Below are positions 46,603-60,700 of a DNA stretch of 64,000 nucleotides, piece after piece. The stretch is from assembly GCA_051294375.1 (NCBI GenBank), contig CM119267.1, positions 18,206,992 to 18,270,991 on the forward strand, in the 5' to 3' direction. Each line of letters begins with the position of its first letter. The stretch's first letter is position 1. The position numbers and the translations under genes are program-made. This DNA comes from Paraspadella gotoi (taxonomy: Eukaryota > Animalia > Chaetognatha). Under the pieces are notes generated by a model that was not told the DNA's origin, ran no database searches, and saw only the letters and a program-made list of their open reading frames with translations.

Positions 46603-49600
46603 TCACCAGAGTCTCGAGTACATGTCGGCGATCTCGGCTTGCATCAGAATCTTGAGTTGAGGTCTCTTCGTCTTGAACGTGGGAGTGAGCAGGCCCGCCT
46701 CCACGGTCCAGGGCTCCGCGCAGAGCTTAATGTCCTTGACGAGTTCGAAAGATTTGAGTCCCGCCTGTCGACCCAGTTTGTTCACGTCCTCCATCACCCC
46801 TTTTTTCACGCGTTCGTTGGCCAGCAGCGCTTCGTAAGTCACACCCTCGATTCCGTTCTTGTTTGCCCAGTTTTCGATTTCTGTTGAGGGGAAAACAAGA
46901 GATTGGATGGAAGGGGAAGGCCGAAGGGGAAAAAAAGAGAACGGAAGGTAGGTTTTGTGGTGGAATAGAAAAATATCCGATTTATCGTGGAAATGAAAAC
47001 AATTATTAATACTTACCAGGTTGATTCGGCACGATGAAGGCGACGAGGCATGACTTGTAACTTTCGCCGTGAATGAAGATTTGAGCGACGAAGCAAGATT
47101 GCGAGAAAATTCCCTCGATCTTTTCCGGAGCAATGTATTCCCCCTGAAACGAAAACAATTGGGAAAATGTAATTACGGGAATGTAGGTTGACATGAATAC
47201 GAATAGAACGAATCGAAAAACCTGTGCGAGTTTGAAAATGTGCTTTTTCCGGTCTACGAGAGAGACGGCGCCGTTGGAATTCCACACTCCGATGTCGCCT
47301 GTATGCAGCCACCCGTCAGGGTCGAGAGCCTCCGCGGTTTTGACCGGATCTTTTAAGTATCCTGGATTAAAATTGATTTATTTATTGCTTGGGTTGATAG
47401 ATTTGAACGAAAAGCGATTTTAAAATGATTCCCAAGTATTTCAAGGATTCCCGAATCCCAAGGCTAACCTTGGAAAACGTTTGGCCCCTTTAAGCAAACC
47501 TCTCCCTTTCCGTCCTTGGCCAGAAGCCCCATGTCGGGTACGTCGGCGAGTTTAATCTGGGTATGGACGATTAACAAGTTTGAGCAAACAATGTCGGATC
47601 TGCCCACGATCATTATCGGTAATTAATTAATTAATTATTAATAAATTATTTAATTAATTAATAATTAATTTATTCAAGTTAATTATTTAATTAATTAGGT
47701 AATTAATTAATTAATTTGATCTGAAATGTTTGTTTTGATTAATTAATTGACTGATTAATTATTGATTAATTAATTGACTAATTGATTAATTAACTGATTA
47801 ATTATTATATCTTGCAATTCGTGAAACAGGTTCTTTGTTTTTCCATTTAAACTCATTTCCACTCAAACAATTCCATCGAAACTTGATTTCCAGTTTAATC
47901 ACGCACTTTTGTACCCAAATACAAAATTTTAAGTCAATTGCCCTATCCACTCATGAGTAATTGGTATTCAAATAGTGAAATATATTTTTTTGTTTTTTTC
48001 CATTTAAACTCATTTTCACTCGCACGATACCATCGAAACTTTATATCCTACTCAATCACACACTTCCCTACCCACACACAAAATTTCATTCCAATCCATC
48101 CATCCAATCACGAGGTGGGACGGACGGACATCGTTTTTTTTTCATAATTTATCAGAATTCGATGTTCTGACTGAATATAAGTAAATGCCCGACAAGATTG
48201 AGGGGGGGGAGACCGACGGACCGACAAAGTGAATTATAGAGTCGGGATCTGCTGAAAGCAGATCCGACTAAAAATAGAAGGGAATGCCGCATCTATTGTA
48301 AGTGACATTCCAAGCCTTGGTCGTTTCCTCTTTCTAACCCGAGTGCAAGGTAGTGGAGCTCCGACCTGACCCACGGTAATTTCCCCTGGCAGCTGACACG
48401 AGGCGACCGCGGCGCATTCCGTCTGTCCGTAGCCCTCGACGACGACGGCGCCCGTCACGCAGCGGACAAACCGCATCACGTTGGGTTCGAGCGGCGCGGA
48501 ACCGCAGAAAATGGCGCGAACTCGACCGCCCATCGTCGCGTGAACTGAGGGGAAAGAAACGTAAAAAAAAATTAGGTTTTTTGAAACAAAACTGAACCGC
48601 TCTATTCGACGAGCGAAAACCTTTGTTGAAGACGAGTCTGTCCCAGATTGAGGTCTTCCTGACGATCCCGCGTTCGATCTCAAACGTTTTTCGCTTCAAA
48701 GCCAAGTCAAATAATATGCTCTTCAATTTTGATACGCGCGCCTTTGCCTGAACATTGTCGTACATCCGGTTTAGCAGCCTGGAGAAAAAGATGAGAGTCT
48801 TAGGATCAAACCTTAACTAGTCCACAATGATATTCTTCAACGATACTCTACCTCGGAACGGTCGGAAAAATTGTGGGCTTGAGTTCGGCCATATCGTCCA
48901 TGAGAAGCTTCATGTCCCCTTGGAAAAAACCGATGGAGGAACCGAAAGCCAAGAGAATTGAGGTTGACACCTAAAAGATGAACGAATGTCAAAATGGCAG
49001 ATTTAATGACACGAAAACGATTTTACACGCCACGCACCTGCTCGAAGGTGTGAGCCAGGGGAAGGTAAGAGAAGACAACGTCACTAGGACCCAAACGGAG
49101 TTGTTGAACGTGTTTTTCCAACCCGGCCACCGTCGCAGTGTAATTTCCGTGCGTCAACAGAGCGCCTTTGGGGTCGCCTGACGAGTTCAAGAAGAGCATT
49201 CGTTAGAGAAAAGTTTTCAAAGCGAAGCAAAATCTCATCAAAATCGAACCTGTGGTTCCGCTCGTATAGCAGACGAGGGCGACGTCGTCAGGTTTCGGCG
49301 GACGAATGGGTCGCGGGTTTGCTCGACCCGAAGCGAGAATTTCGTCGAAGGAATGAAGAACAATCTGCGCGGAGGCAGCGAGGGCTTTCAGCGCTTTCAT
49401 CGTCGCTACCTCCGTGGGAATGATGAGAATTACATGGCGCAAAGATGGCGTTTCTTCCCGCCTAGAAATAGAAACCAGATATATATATTAAATGCAAATA
49501 AAAAGCAAATTTTAGCGGTCTAAACAACCACAACAACAACAACAACTTTACAACACGTTCACCAAACGACCATTTAACCGTTTAGTGGTCAGTTAAACCT

Positions 49601-50815
49601 GACCTTGTAATATCGTTTACCCGTTCATGATTTTCTCTATTGTTATGCTTATGACCATTGTAACCTTTTTTACTGTTTTGTTTTTATGTTTCCTTTTTTT
49701 GTTGATGATCTTCGATCATAATATATTTGCCTTTCACGCATTAAACAACTCTAGATAATTTTTACCAAAAATCTCATCAAGTAAAGTCACCACAAAATGA
49801 ACATCGAATTCCTAATGAGGCTAACCTGTTGAGCAAAGATTGCACTTTTTCAGTTGTGTCGCAAAGAACAATGGAGATGAGTCCTTGGTTTATAATGAAA
49901 GTGCAAGCGCGGGGTCCAAGCGTGTCGTACAGCGGTACGGCGCACATCGAGTACGCCCAGGCGCCCTGAGCGGCAATCAGCCATTCCTTGTTGTTTTGAG
50001 AGTAAATGCCGATTAACTCTTGGTTAAATCCTGTATAAAAATATTTAAAAAATTAAAATAGGTCTTCGAAATATGAAAGTAATGATGCGCTGAATAGGGT
50101 AACCGACCGGTGTGCGGTTCTCCGCCGGCGCTGTGGAGTTCAATGCCCAATGCCAATATCCCGGCGCCGAACGCATTGGCTCTGGATTCCACCTCGGAAA
50201 AGGAGATCCATTCGTAGCGAGATCCTTATGTAAAGGTAAAATAGTCATTAGTCAACAACAAAAATCAATCGGCACCAATTATTCTATACTTGGGATCTTA
50301 CCTGGAGTTGGCCTCCAACCGAGACAGGGTCCGTCTTCGGACACCCTCATGCCCCGTTTGAAGCAATCGTGAAGCGTCTTGCATTCGTCGAACGCCACTC
50401 GGCGCAATTGGTCGTCGGCGTCGCAGAAGAGCGAGACGCGTATCTCGGCGCCGTGGTCGTCGACGCCAAGTCGTTTAGATATTCGATTTCGGTCGAAATT
50501 GATCCTTTAAACAAGGGGAAAAATTTGTATAATTATATAATTGTATAATTATAAATTAATGTTTCAAAGTTTGTTTACTGGAAAGGCTTCGTCGATCGAG
50601 TGAGAAAATAAATAGCTGTGCCGACAATGGCGGCGCCAGCGACGCCGACGGCCAAAGCGGAAGGCGAAATATCACCTCCGGCCTCTAGAATGTCCGAAAA
50701 AAGCCGGAACCCACGGTCCAAGAACGGATACCCGCTTTTAAAAAAATGGAGAAAATTACCGTCAAAATATAATCAAGAAAAAAATGACTTCTACACAGAC
50801 TCACCTCTCCAACAT
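46603..50815 (-). CDS. ACSL1: Long-chain fatty acyl-CoA synthetase (ACSL1/5/6 family)
   Basis: YTSGTTG, SYLPLAHTFE, GYGQTE, GWLHTGDIG, DRKKHIFKLAQ|GEYIAPEKIE, LLTPTFK, plus an N-terminal TM anchor. Confidence 0.92.
47571..48274 (-). mobile_element. DINE-1/Helentron-associated (HINE-like) non-autonomous element in an ACSL intron
   Basis: On the minus strand: T-run, subTIR GTCGGATCTGC with adjacent inverted copy, (GTCC/GTCG) microsatellite, ~95-bp internal direct repeats (47837 and 47993), (AATT)-rich tract, 3' subTIR at 47593-47603 and terminal stem-loop GTTTG-CT-CAAAC. Confidence 0.75.
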
Positions 50816-51100
50816 GTTCACGAGATTCTTTATCACCTCAACACTGAAAAAAAAATATGTAAAATATGGACGGATGGTTCAGAAAAAAAAAAGAAATCCG
50901 AAATGGCATTTTAACAAAAACGAAGCTTCATATTTTATGTATTACTATTAGTAATAAATCAACATTCTTATCCGCTTTCAGCTTTGTTACAAGGGGCTTT
51001 TAGTCGAAAAAAAGTTTAACTTGGCAAGGCGGAATTTCCTAATCGGCAAAAAAATTAAGAACCACAGCTACGATTTGCAAATTGTTTTCATCGTTTGACA

Positions 51101-54100
51101 TCAATCGGAAGGAATCTCGTCCCGTCCAGTATCTTTCATTTCCGAGACGTCGTTCATAGAGTCGGACTTGACGAGCGATTCATCGATGGTGGTGCTGTCG
51201 ACGGAGGCGGGTCGTGAGGACTCTGACACGAAATCATCCTCGAGCGCCTCGTCGACGTCGTCTTCGATTTCATCGATAGGGGAAGAGACTACTTGGGAAG
51301 TAGGCACCGGACCCGCGATCGGCGTATCAGGCCGAGGCGGATCTAAATCAGGCAGGGAAGTTACTGATTCGTCTGCTGGTATTTTTTTAGCAGCTGGGGC
51401 TGGCGCGGCTGTTGGAGCTACGGTTGAGGATGACGATAATACAGATGATGGAGTTGAATATGGGACAGAAAATGGAGCAACCATGGGTTCTACAACAGCA
51501 GTGCCCGCTTCGACGTCGGACGCTGTCCCAGATTCGGCAGCATGAGTAGCGGACGGTAGGAGTTTAGATTTGACAACAGGAGCAGAAACCGACGGAGCAA
51601 TAGGACCAACCGATGGCGTAGACAAACGATGACGAGATAATGAATGGGCCGAGGTTAGCGATGGTGCAACCGATGGAGCAACTGATGCCGCAGCTGATGC
51701 CGCAGTTGATGCCTCGGTAGAAGCGACCGCTTGCGCAGCAGAAATCTCAACTTCTGCCATCTTTGGCTGAACACTAGATGGTTCAGGAGTCCGAGAAACC
51801 TCGGCTCCGACACTCACAGTGCGTTGGGAATGCGAATGAAGCTGACTAAACAACATCTCCTTCAAACTGTCGCCGCCAACTTTCGAACCAACAGTGACGG
51901 CCTTATCGGAAGATGACGATTTTAAAGCGTCATCAGGAACCCCGACCATGCCGCCGCCGCCGTCACCCTCTCCCCGCCGTCCGTTCTTTAGTTCAGAATC
52001 GACGAGGGCGTCGGCCAAAAAGATGGCGAATTGCTCGACTTCCGCGGCAACCTCCGCCAAGGCTTCGTCAACTACCTCCTCGGCGACCGAGTCGACGACG
52101 CGAGCCGCCGCCGCAGCGTCCACGAACCCGAGCGACCTCCAGCGACGAATATTTTTTTCGCGGGCGAGGAGTATGTTGCGACGATGGAGATCGGGAAGGA
52201 AAATGCTGACTGCGGAGGAGGAAGAGGAAGAGGCGAGAACGTCTGGGGAACACCGTCTCCCCGGAGGGTGGGCATCGCGATGAAAAGGGGCGAGTTCATT
52301 CGTATTGTCAAGGTTGACTTCCTCAACGACCGTCGGGAAAAGGATAAATTTATCTTCGATTTTCGTCTTCTCATCTTTAGTTTCGATTCGGACAGAAGAA
52401 GCGACGATCTCAGCGGATGCAGGAGCAGAGGTGGGGATGGCGGACGTAACGTTTTCCCGATATTGCGAAGTCCCGTTCGAAGATACTCGAGCGAGTACCG
52501 GGGCCCCGCGAAACTGTCTAGCTCTAAAGTCGCCTCCGTTGCCGAATTCCAATCCGATCCATTTTTGACGTATCGCGTCCTCCTCTGTCTCCATCTCCTC
52601 CAACTTACGAATCAGTTTTAGGGTATCGAAATTCGCCTCGAATTTTGCGTCCAACTCCTCGTCAACTGCCTCGGAATTCTGGCCTCTCTTTTGTTTATCG
52701 TTGTCCTTGACGGGACGAAATTGAACGGAATGATTGTTTCTAGGACACCGTCTCGCCACCACCCGCGCGCTCTTTTCACGCATCTCCCTTTCGATGCGGC
52801 CCCCGTTCTCAGCGTCTTCTTCCTTCTCCGGCCCGGCATCGACCGAGGGTGGATAGGAAGCGGCGTAGCTCTCAAGAACCTCGCTCTCGTCGGAAGAGAT
52901 CGCCGTTGAAAAGTTTTTAGGGGCGATCTCGATGAACCGGGGAACGGAAAAAACTCTTCTCATCTCGGCTGACGTAGCGTCTTGAACCGACTGTTCGGCG
53001 CCAATTTCTGCATATTTTTCCGGAGAATATTGTCGATGTTGGGAAGGTTGAACGCTCGGTTCGTTCGGTTGGTCTAGCGACGGTGATGAGTCGACTTCCT
53101 CAGCAAGGTTAACTGGAGGTGCCGGTGGAAGGATGGTACGAGGTGCAGGTGGCAAAGGTGGACGCCGCCTCGGATTAGGTTTGTTGCCCCGTGTCGAAGC
53201 AACATTGGGTTTAACACGAACATCGCTGGCTGCGTTTCGAGCGGAGACGAACGAGGGTTTATTGTTTCGACCAATTAAACCGGTCGAGGCGGCTCGCGAC
53301 GGGTGCGTAGGTCCTTTCGGTCTGAGCGGACGCGAAGGAGTTTTCTTTGGTCTCGCCGAGTCGAATGCGCTCGAAAAGGTTTTGGGCGGGGGTGGAAGCG
53401 GCATCCTGAGCGGCGACGGAGCCTCGTTAAGGTTGCGCCATGGCACCGGCTCCTCGCGCTTTGACGTCGCCCGATTAAAAATCGCCTTCGAGAGATCGTT
53501 GAGGAATTCAATCGCCATCTCGGCTCGTTCCGTTTCATCGCCCTGGCTCCCTTCGCCGCGGCACCGAGCGACGCACAAGGACGTCTGATACAAAAGATTC
53601 TCCATCTCAGTGAGGAGGTGCCGGTGCTCTGGTCCAGCGTGGACGACGAAAGGGAGCAGAGACAGGTAGTTGGACGAGTGACGCAAGATGGCGCGGAGCA
53701 AGGATACGAGTTTCTGACGAACGAAGGCGACGGAATTGTTGGAGAAAGCCAGTTGCGTCACTTGGCGGCGAAGAGTGTAGACGTCACGAGATATGCTGAT
53801 CTTTATAAATGTTAAAAAAAGTATTGTGATGAGAGAAAGAGAGCTCAATTCTTCATTATTGCTCCATTTCCGAAAAAAAACTTACCGCCGTCTTGTTAGC
53901 ACGCGTCTCCCTTCTCTTCAACTCGTCCGCCTCCATGTTCCTGTAGACGGCGCGCTTTTCGTTGGCGTCTTTTGCACTGCATCGATGAATCGCGACGTCG
54001 ATCATCCCCATGAGTTGCAACAACGCCGAATCGACTTCGTCGCGAAACTGTTGCTCGGACATTACCGGCGGCGCCGCGTTTGAAGCGGCGCCCTTTCGCG

Positions 54101-54845
54101 TCTTAACTCGCTCGGGGGCGGGTTTAGACGCTGAGGATTCGGCGCTAGTCATTTTGGAAGCTTTGGGCGCCGGTTCTTCGTCGCGGGCAAGGGCCTTCGG
54201 TTTGGAATCGACGGCGCGGGACGAAGAGGTGGGAGGAGGAAATTGATCGATAATTTTGAAAATGCCATCGTCGATGACATCGCTTTTGTCTTTTAACTTC
54301 GCTTCTCCTCGTTTCAGAGCGACAGACTTTTTCGTTTCCCTCGACGCAACAGTTTTAGGAGCCGGAGTCTTAACTTTCGGCGCCGATTCTTCCGTGACAA
54401 TTTCATTGTCTTGGTCTCCTCCTTCCATCGTCATTCCCCTCAGCATTGCCTCCACGGACCCTGCGTTGCGAGACATCCGCTCCAAGTAAAGCTCCACCTC
54501 CTGCTTCTTCCGCTTGACGTCCGACTGGGCCAACTGGACGACCTTGTCAAGAAACTCGGCGTCGATCCTGCCGACCTCGGGCTCCGTCAGGCGGCGTTGG
54601 AAGGGATCGTCGACGCGAAGGCCCTTAAGACGCTCGATTCTCAAGGCGGCGTTGTTCGTGCCGTGGCGCGGAGGTGATTTTTCAACGACAAAGGGAAGGC
54701 GCTGACACGGCGGCCCCGTCAAAAGCGAGGCCGGGGCACCGAGAGAGAAAAGTAGCTGATTGGGTGGCGCCATTTTGGGACGACGTGTCTCGGGAGAGGC
54801 GTTGACGGGTAACCCGACGGGATGTGGACGAGGAGAACCAGGCAT
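51101..54845 (-). CDS. KIAA0753: Moonraker/KIAA0753-like centriolar satellite protein (2 exons)
   Basis: Blocks recalled from moonraker: LDKVVQLAQSDVKRK, RDVYTLRRQV, LIRKLEEMETEEDAIRQKW and VAEEVVDEALAEVAAEVEQ..LVDSEL. GCG|GTAAGT intron near 53885. Confidence 0.7.
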
Positions 54846-55419
54846 TTATTGAACGTTCGGACCAACCATGTCACGCGTGAAAATCCTTCCACATTATTAA
54901 ATGTTTCAGCTCGAAATTACAAAGTCATAAGGCGCGAAGGTTTACTTAGCAAGAACTAAATAGAACAACGAAAATAAGAAGATCAAGAGCCGTGGGAAGA
55001 AAAACATTTTATTCGGCCATTACTCCGAACGCAACAGCAAAATGGTTGTGAAAAAAAAACCCACTCCTGCCGGACAAATATTTTTATTGTATATAATGGT
55101 TCGAAAATTAAAAACGAATCACTGCGATATTTAGGTAAAAATTAATCCGGGATTTAGGCCCCCCCAGTGAACGCTACTTTTTACATGTCAAAAAAATTAA
55201 CGATTTGGGATTAACATATCATCGTATTTAGTATTAGCGCAGACGGCCGTTGGGTTTTAGGAGGCGTCTATCATTTGATCGTCTTCACATTTTTTTTAAA
55301 AAATGGGAATGCGAGTAAGTTGCAAAAGCAATTTCCGTAAATATTATTGTAATTATGATTTTTTAGAATCCCAAGAGAAAAAGTTAACCGGAGAACGAGG
55401 GGTCCAACGTCGCCCGAGG

Positions 55420-57228
55420 TTACGTTTTCTTCTCGGCGGCGGCTGCGGCGGTGGCGGCCTTTTCCCGCTTCGCCGCCGCTTCTTCCCGTTGCTTTCGAAT
55501 AATGGCGAGACGAGCCAAATCGGCCTGCGCCTCCTGAGTCTCACCGGCCAGGTGCTTCTTCATGTAGCGGGCGTGCGCCTCCTGGGAACAGTGAAAAACA
55601 TCCAACGGTCGGATCGCATTAACCAAAATTTTCAAATCATTCTCTCTTGATAAACTCGAAACAATGAGAGAGAGAGAGAGAGAGGAGATGAGAGAGGAGA
55701 GAGAGAGAGAGAGAGTGTTAAAAAAATGATTGGCCAAACAATAGAGAAACCGGCAAAGAGAAGAGCGCGCGCCGTCAAGCAGACCGAAAGAAAAAAAAAA
55801 GAAAAAAAAAGAAGAAAGAACGAATATCGGATGATTTTTTTTTTCGAGCGAGGATCGAACGATCTTTTCAGGGACAGGCGATGGAGGATATAACATGACG
55901 GCTGTTATTATTATTCATTTAACAAATATCATTATTTATAATATTTTTCATAAAAAAAATTAAGATATACCTGGTTAACAGCTGTTTAATGAAATCTAAA
56001 CCGATTGACAAACAAATAATAAACCCATTGCAGCCCACAATAAATGACTGAGAAGACGAATAAATCGGGATTGGGTTGTGAAAACTTGTGATAGATACGA
56101 TCCGGGGTCGTTAAACTAAGAACTAAGAGATTGTGTAAGTCAAAGAACTTTGCCCCCATAGGATTGCAAAACACGCCCCCCCGAATAAAGTAGTCCGCTT
56201 TTCTCTCTCAACCATGGCAACCCATTAAGGATTTAAAACGAAGCGGTTTACCGGCCCGCCATTTAAAACTAATTAGAAAACTAACACAATAAATCATTTT
56301 TGGCTAATTTAGGAGTTAAAAAGAAACTTGGCCGATAGGAAACATTACTATAATTGAAACAAATTATCTCGTCTTCTCTGTTCCTTCTTACCTGCTTTTC
56401 GATCTCCTCCCTCTCCCGACGCGTTAGCTGCGATCGGTCCGGCTTTTCCGGCTTTTCCGGCTCAACTTCCGTCACCTTCTTCGTCGTCTTCTTCGCGTGG
56501 TTGGGATTCTCGATGGCGATGAGGTGGGACACGCCCTTGTGACGTTCGCGCCCGTCGTCGTCTTCATCGCTGCTCTCCTCCTCGCTCTCTTCCTCCGAAC
56601 TAGAGGGCGGGAGCTCGCCCGGAGCGCCACGATCTGAATGTAACGGTACTTTGGGTCAATTGGCTGAGGCGAAAGAGGCGTGGGAAACACTGAATGGAAC
56701 ATTTTAAAACTGGAACCAACTGGATCAAACTGCCGGCGAGGGAAAGAATATGTAATAGCACCTTACGCTCGATAAATAATCCGCAAGAAAAACACACAAC
56801 AAAGCCGAATATCAAGAGCCAATCGACCTTCGATTGGAACTTTACTTGGAACTTCGACCAGATCGAGAATTAGAAAAATCGAGCGATAAACATTTCGGAC
56901 GTCGACCTTTTTTGGCTTTGGTCTTCGCCGCGGCTTGCGGCGTCTCTTCCTCCTCCTCCTCCTCGTCGCTTTCGATTCCCTGCTGCTGCCGCCACTGCCG
57001 CCGCTTCTCTTCCTTCTCCATTTGCGCCTTCAACTCATCAGGGTTGGTGAAGTGGCGACGTGCTCCTGATATAAAGGGGGGTATGAATGGAGAGGGGGCA
57101 ATTTCAGCAAAGAATCAATGAATGACGAATTATATGTCAGTAATATATATGTATATATATATATATATGTACTTACCTTTGGGGTTGTTCTTTTTTCCTC
57201 GTCCGCGACTGCCTCCGCGAGAAGACAT
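55420..57228 (-). CDS. PDAP1: PDGFA-associated protein 1 (HASPP28)
   Basis: [56 protein letters not shown]. Confidence 0.93.
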
Positions 57229-57716
57229 TTTGATTATTGTTCCATATAATTGACAAACGAGAAATTTAACAAATAACTGCAATGGAAATAAAACTTCATG
57301 GGGCGAAGAAATCGCGTTAGGGTCTGCACAGTGCACAGTACACAAATTATCAAGTGCGTCAACATCGACCTGGAATTTTAAAACAATACGTCAACTGGGG
57401 CTACTAAAAGTCCGTCACTCGAAAATAAGGTCGCCCAAGCAGATTGACAAACCAAGAAAAGTGACGAGAACATAAGAAACTACAAATAAAAACTAGACGA
57501 ATGTGAATAAATACGAGTAATCTCCTCTCATCAATTATATTATTGATTTTTTGCTTATGAATAACTATATAAAAAATTTTCAAAAAAAGCTGCAATTTAC
57601 TGGTTCTAGCTATCGGCCGCGTAACTTTCTGATACCTTCCAACAAGTCAAATGTTTGATTTTTGGTTGTTTGCGGTTTTATGCGAACGAGAAAATCTAAT
57701 CTACATTGATACATCG

Positions 57717-60700
57717 TCAAAGATCCTCCAAATGCGGTGGTCTCTCCCCTCTCAAGCACCACTCCGGAGGAATTAGTTTGTACAGGTCGGTGTCTCCGCC
57801 CGATTGGATCATGTGCTGAATCAATTCTTGGACGCTGCCCTTTTTGCGCCACACCATGAGTTGTCGATGGTGCTCCTTTCCGGCGCTCTTGCTTTTCAGG
57901 CCACAACGCCGAACGAGATTGTGAATCTCTTTGCGCTCGTCGTTGGTGAATCCTCGAGAGAAGACGAGGCGCTCCTTGGTTCCTGCGCGGTAAGAAGATA
58001 ATTAAAATAAATTAAATTAAATTGAATTTTATAGAAATTAAAATCCGTGTTGAAGTCTAACTGACCCGATCTGTTGAAGTCCTCCAAAACCTTTCGGACC
58101 CTTTGAAGGAATTCGTTAGATATGCCGTTGGCCTGCCGAAATCCGAGACCCTGCCTGTCGACGATTTGCTCGTCGACGTTGACGGGCTCCTGGATACCCT
58201 CTTCCTCCGCTCCGAGCCCGCCTCCACCCCAGCCCATCTTCAGCATCATTTTCAGGCCGGGATTATCCGCTGCGATGCCAGTCGATATGTCAGCCTTGGG
58301 TGCACGTGCCACTTCGCTGTAGACGACATCCGGATTCGATGATTGGATGCCTGTAACGAAAGGATGAATCGTTATCAGCGACGGTGCAAAACAGAATCGA
58401 CAGTTATAATGGTTATAAACACAACAAATGCATCAACGATCTTACTTTTCTTGATGAGAGTCGGGCAAAGCTTTTTCAACTTTTCCAAAGCTTTCGCGGC
58501 GGCGACCTGTTTCGAAACGTTGACGTTAGGAGCGGCTCCCTCGGCGATCAGAACTTCCTCGATGAAGATCTAAGTAAAAGTAAAAAAATTGGAAAATCTA
58601 ACTTCAAAGACAAAGATTGTGACCGTTTGTTTGTTACCCGGCAGGCATGCAAACTGGACAAGCCTCTTCGTTGGGCCGTGTCCTTTTTGTCGTGTTCCAT
58701 CCGTAAGTTCATATTGCAAAAGGCGACACTCTGTTGAAGGACCATCGAGGGCGAGACGTCAGGTCGGCCGTCGCGGTTCTCGTTTTCCAGAATCACCAAT
58801 TGAGAAATGTCGCCTTTGGGCTTTTGAGGATTAGCGGTGATCTAAGAATAGGATAAGAGATAAAAGCGACAGCAGACACGAATGCAGATATCAAGAGGAA
58901 AAAAATCACACCTTGTTTAAGCCCGCGCCGGTAAATTTCGCCGAGGCCTTGCACAAAAAATCGTATCTGCTCGAAAAGAAATCATAAACGGTTGCATAAT
59001 TTTATGCCATAAACTCCGATGAAAATCAATGAAACGAGAGTGTTTTCACCTAAATGCGCCCTCAGGAGCATCACGCCAATTTTCCCATGTACACAACGTA
59101 TCTCGGCCTTTCTCCTTTTCTACTTTCAAGTAGTTGCAGGCGGCAAGCTTTTCCACTGCCTAGAAGCAAAATTTTAACATAGAATTTTTACGTATTATGT
59201 ATTAATTACGCAACAGTTGAAAAAACGCAAAGAAAAAACGCACCTCTCTCAGGCAATTGGCTTTAGCTTTGGGTTTAGATCGCTCTTCGCATATAAATAT
59301 CGCTACATCTTCGATCGCCAATTCAAAGACGTGAACGTCAAACTCCAACGGCTTCTTGCTCTTGTTCCATTTTCCAAAAACCTGCGTTTGCTCCAATCTG
59401 CGAAACAAAAAAAAACCAACTTTAAAGATCACCGCATTTTCACTTGAAATATCTGAGAATACAATCAAAGACCAGCTCACTTTTTATACGAATTGATGCA
59501 TCTGATAGAAAATTTTAGTTTTTCACGAACGCAGATGTTTCCGATTTCGCCGTGAGGATTCATGAGAACTTTGCTCTTGGTGGTTTTCATGATGTAAACC
59601 AGGTCCGCCATTTTTTTCTCCAAAAATGTAGAATGGCGCTGACGAAACCCAATCACTTAGGGGGGAAAACATGACCACAATTAAGACAAATGCTTCAACT
59701 CGACTACCCAGGATCATGCCCACTCACCCGAGGGTCCCATCCCCGGATCTTTTCCGTTCGTCCACGCGTTTCCTGCGGAGCGATATTCCCCGTTCTCTCT
59801 TCCCCTTTCCTCGTCGTCGCGACTGCGCGGCGACGCGTTGGCCGTGTCGAAATGCTGGCCCAGCAGCGTCGAGGCGTCGTGGTTCAATTCAACGCTGTCG
59901 TCGACGTTGTTGACTACGGGTGCTACGCGCATTTGGCCAAAGCCGCCGAAAGCGCCTCCACGGGCGCCACCGCTGCCTCCGTTATTCGTTCGCGGCTTCG
60001 CTCCCCCCTTTTGAAGTTTATGTCCGACGCCGGCGTCGCTGGAAGAGGCTAGTTCAAGAAGTCGCGATTGCAAATTATCCGGTCGCCCATTGTTTTCGGA
60101 GGACGGATAAGTTCGGGGGCTCGGAACGCGGACTTCCGAGGCGAGCCGACTGAGATTTGACGACGATGGAGGTGACGGCGATCTCCGGCCGGTTCCGCCA
60201 CAGAAAGAAGGCGGCGAGGGCGATCTTCGTCCGCTCAGTCGAAATGATCGAGGGGAGGGTGACCTCCGGCCGCCACCTCCGCCAAAGTAAGGTGGGGAGG
60301 GAGACCGTCGGCCAATGCCGGAAAACGGCCGTCTATCGTCTCTGCGATGATTCGGTGGCAAGTCTGACATCAGAGGGGGCGGGTTCGTGGGTTGATTCGA
60401 CGGCGCATTCGGCGATCGACCCTTTCGATCCGCCGCTGTTTCAGAATAGTGTTTGTCGGACTCGTCGGTAGAGCGAGCAAAGTTAATGTATTTCTTGGGC
60501 GCGGACGTCGGAGCCTGCGGAGGACGCCGTGTCTATGAGAGGGAGGGTCGAGCGAAAAAACACGTCGTTTCTCCACTCGCACCGTTAATCCCTCAAGGCT
60601 ACTATTATTCACAATGACAATTCAACTTAGACCCAACCGACTCACCCCTTCAGAAAGCTTCCTCTTTTCGGCGGCCTTGGCTTCCGACGCTTGAACGAAC

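Noticed and set aside
51168-54705. Numerous plus-strand ORFs antisense to the moonraker-like gene
   Set aside because: Expected shadow ORFs of GC-rich coding sequence, with no independent motifs.
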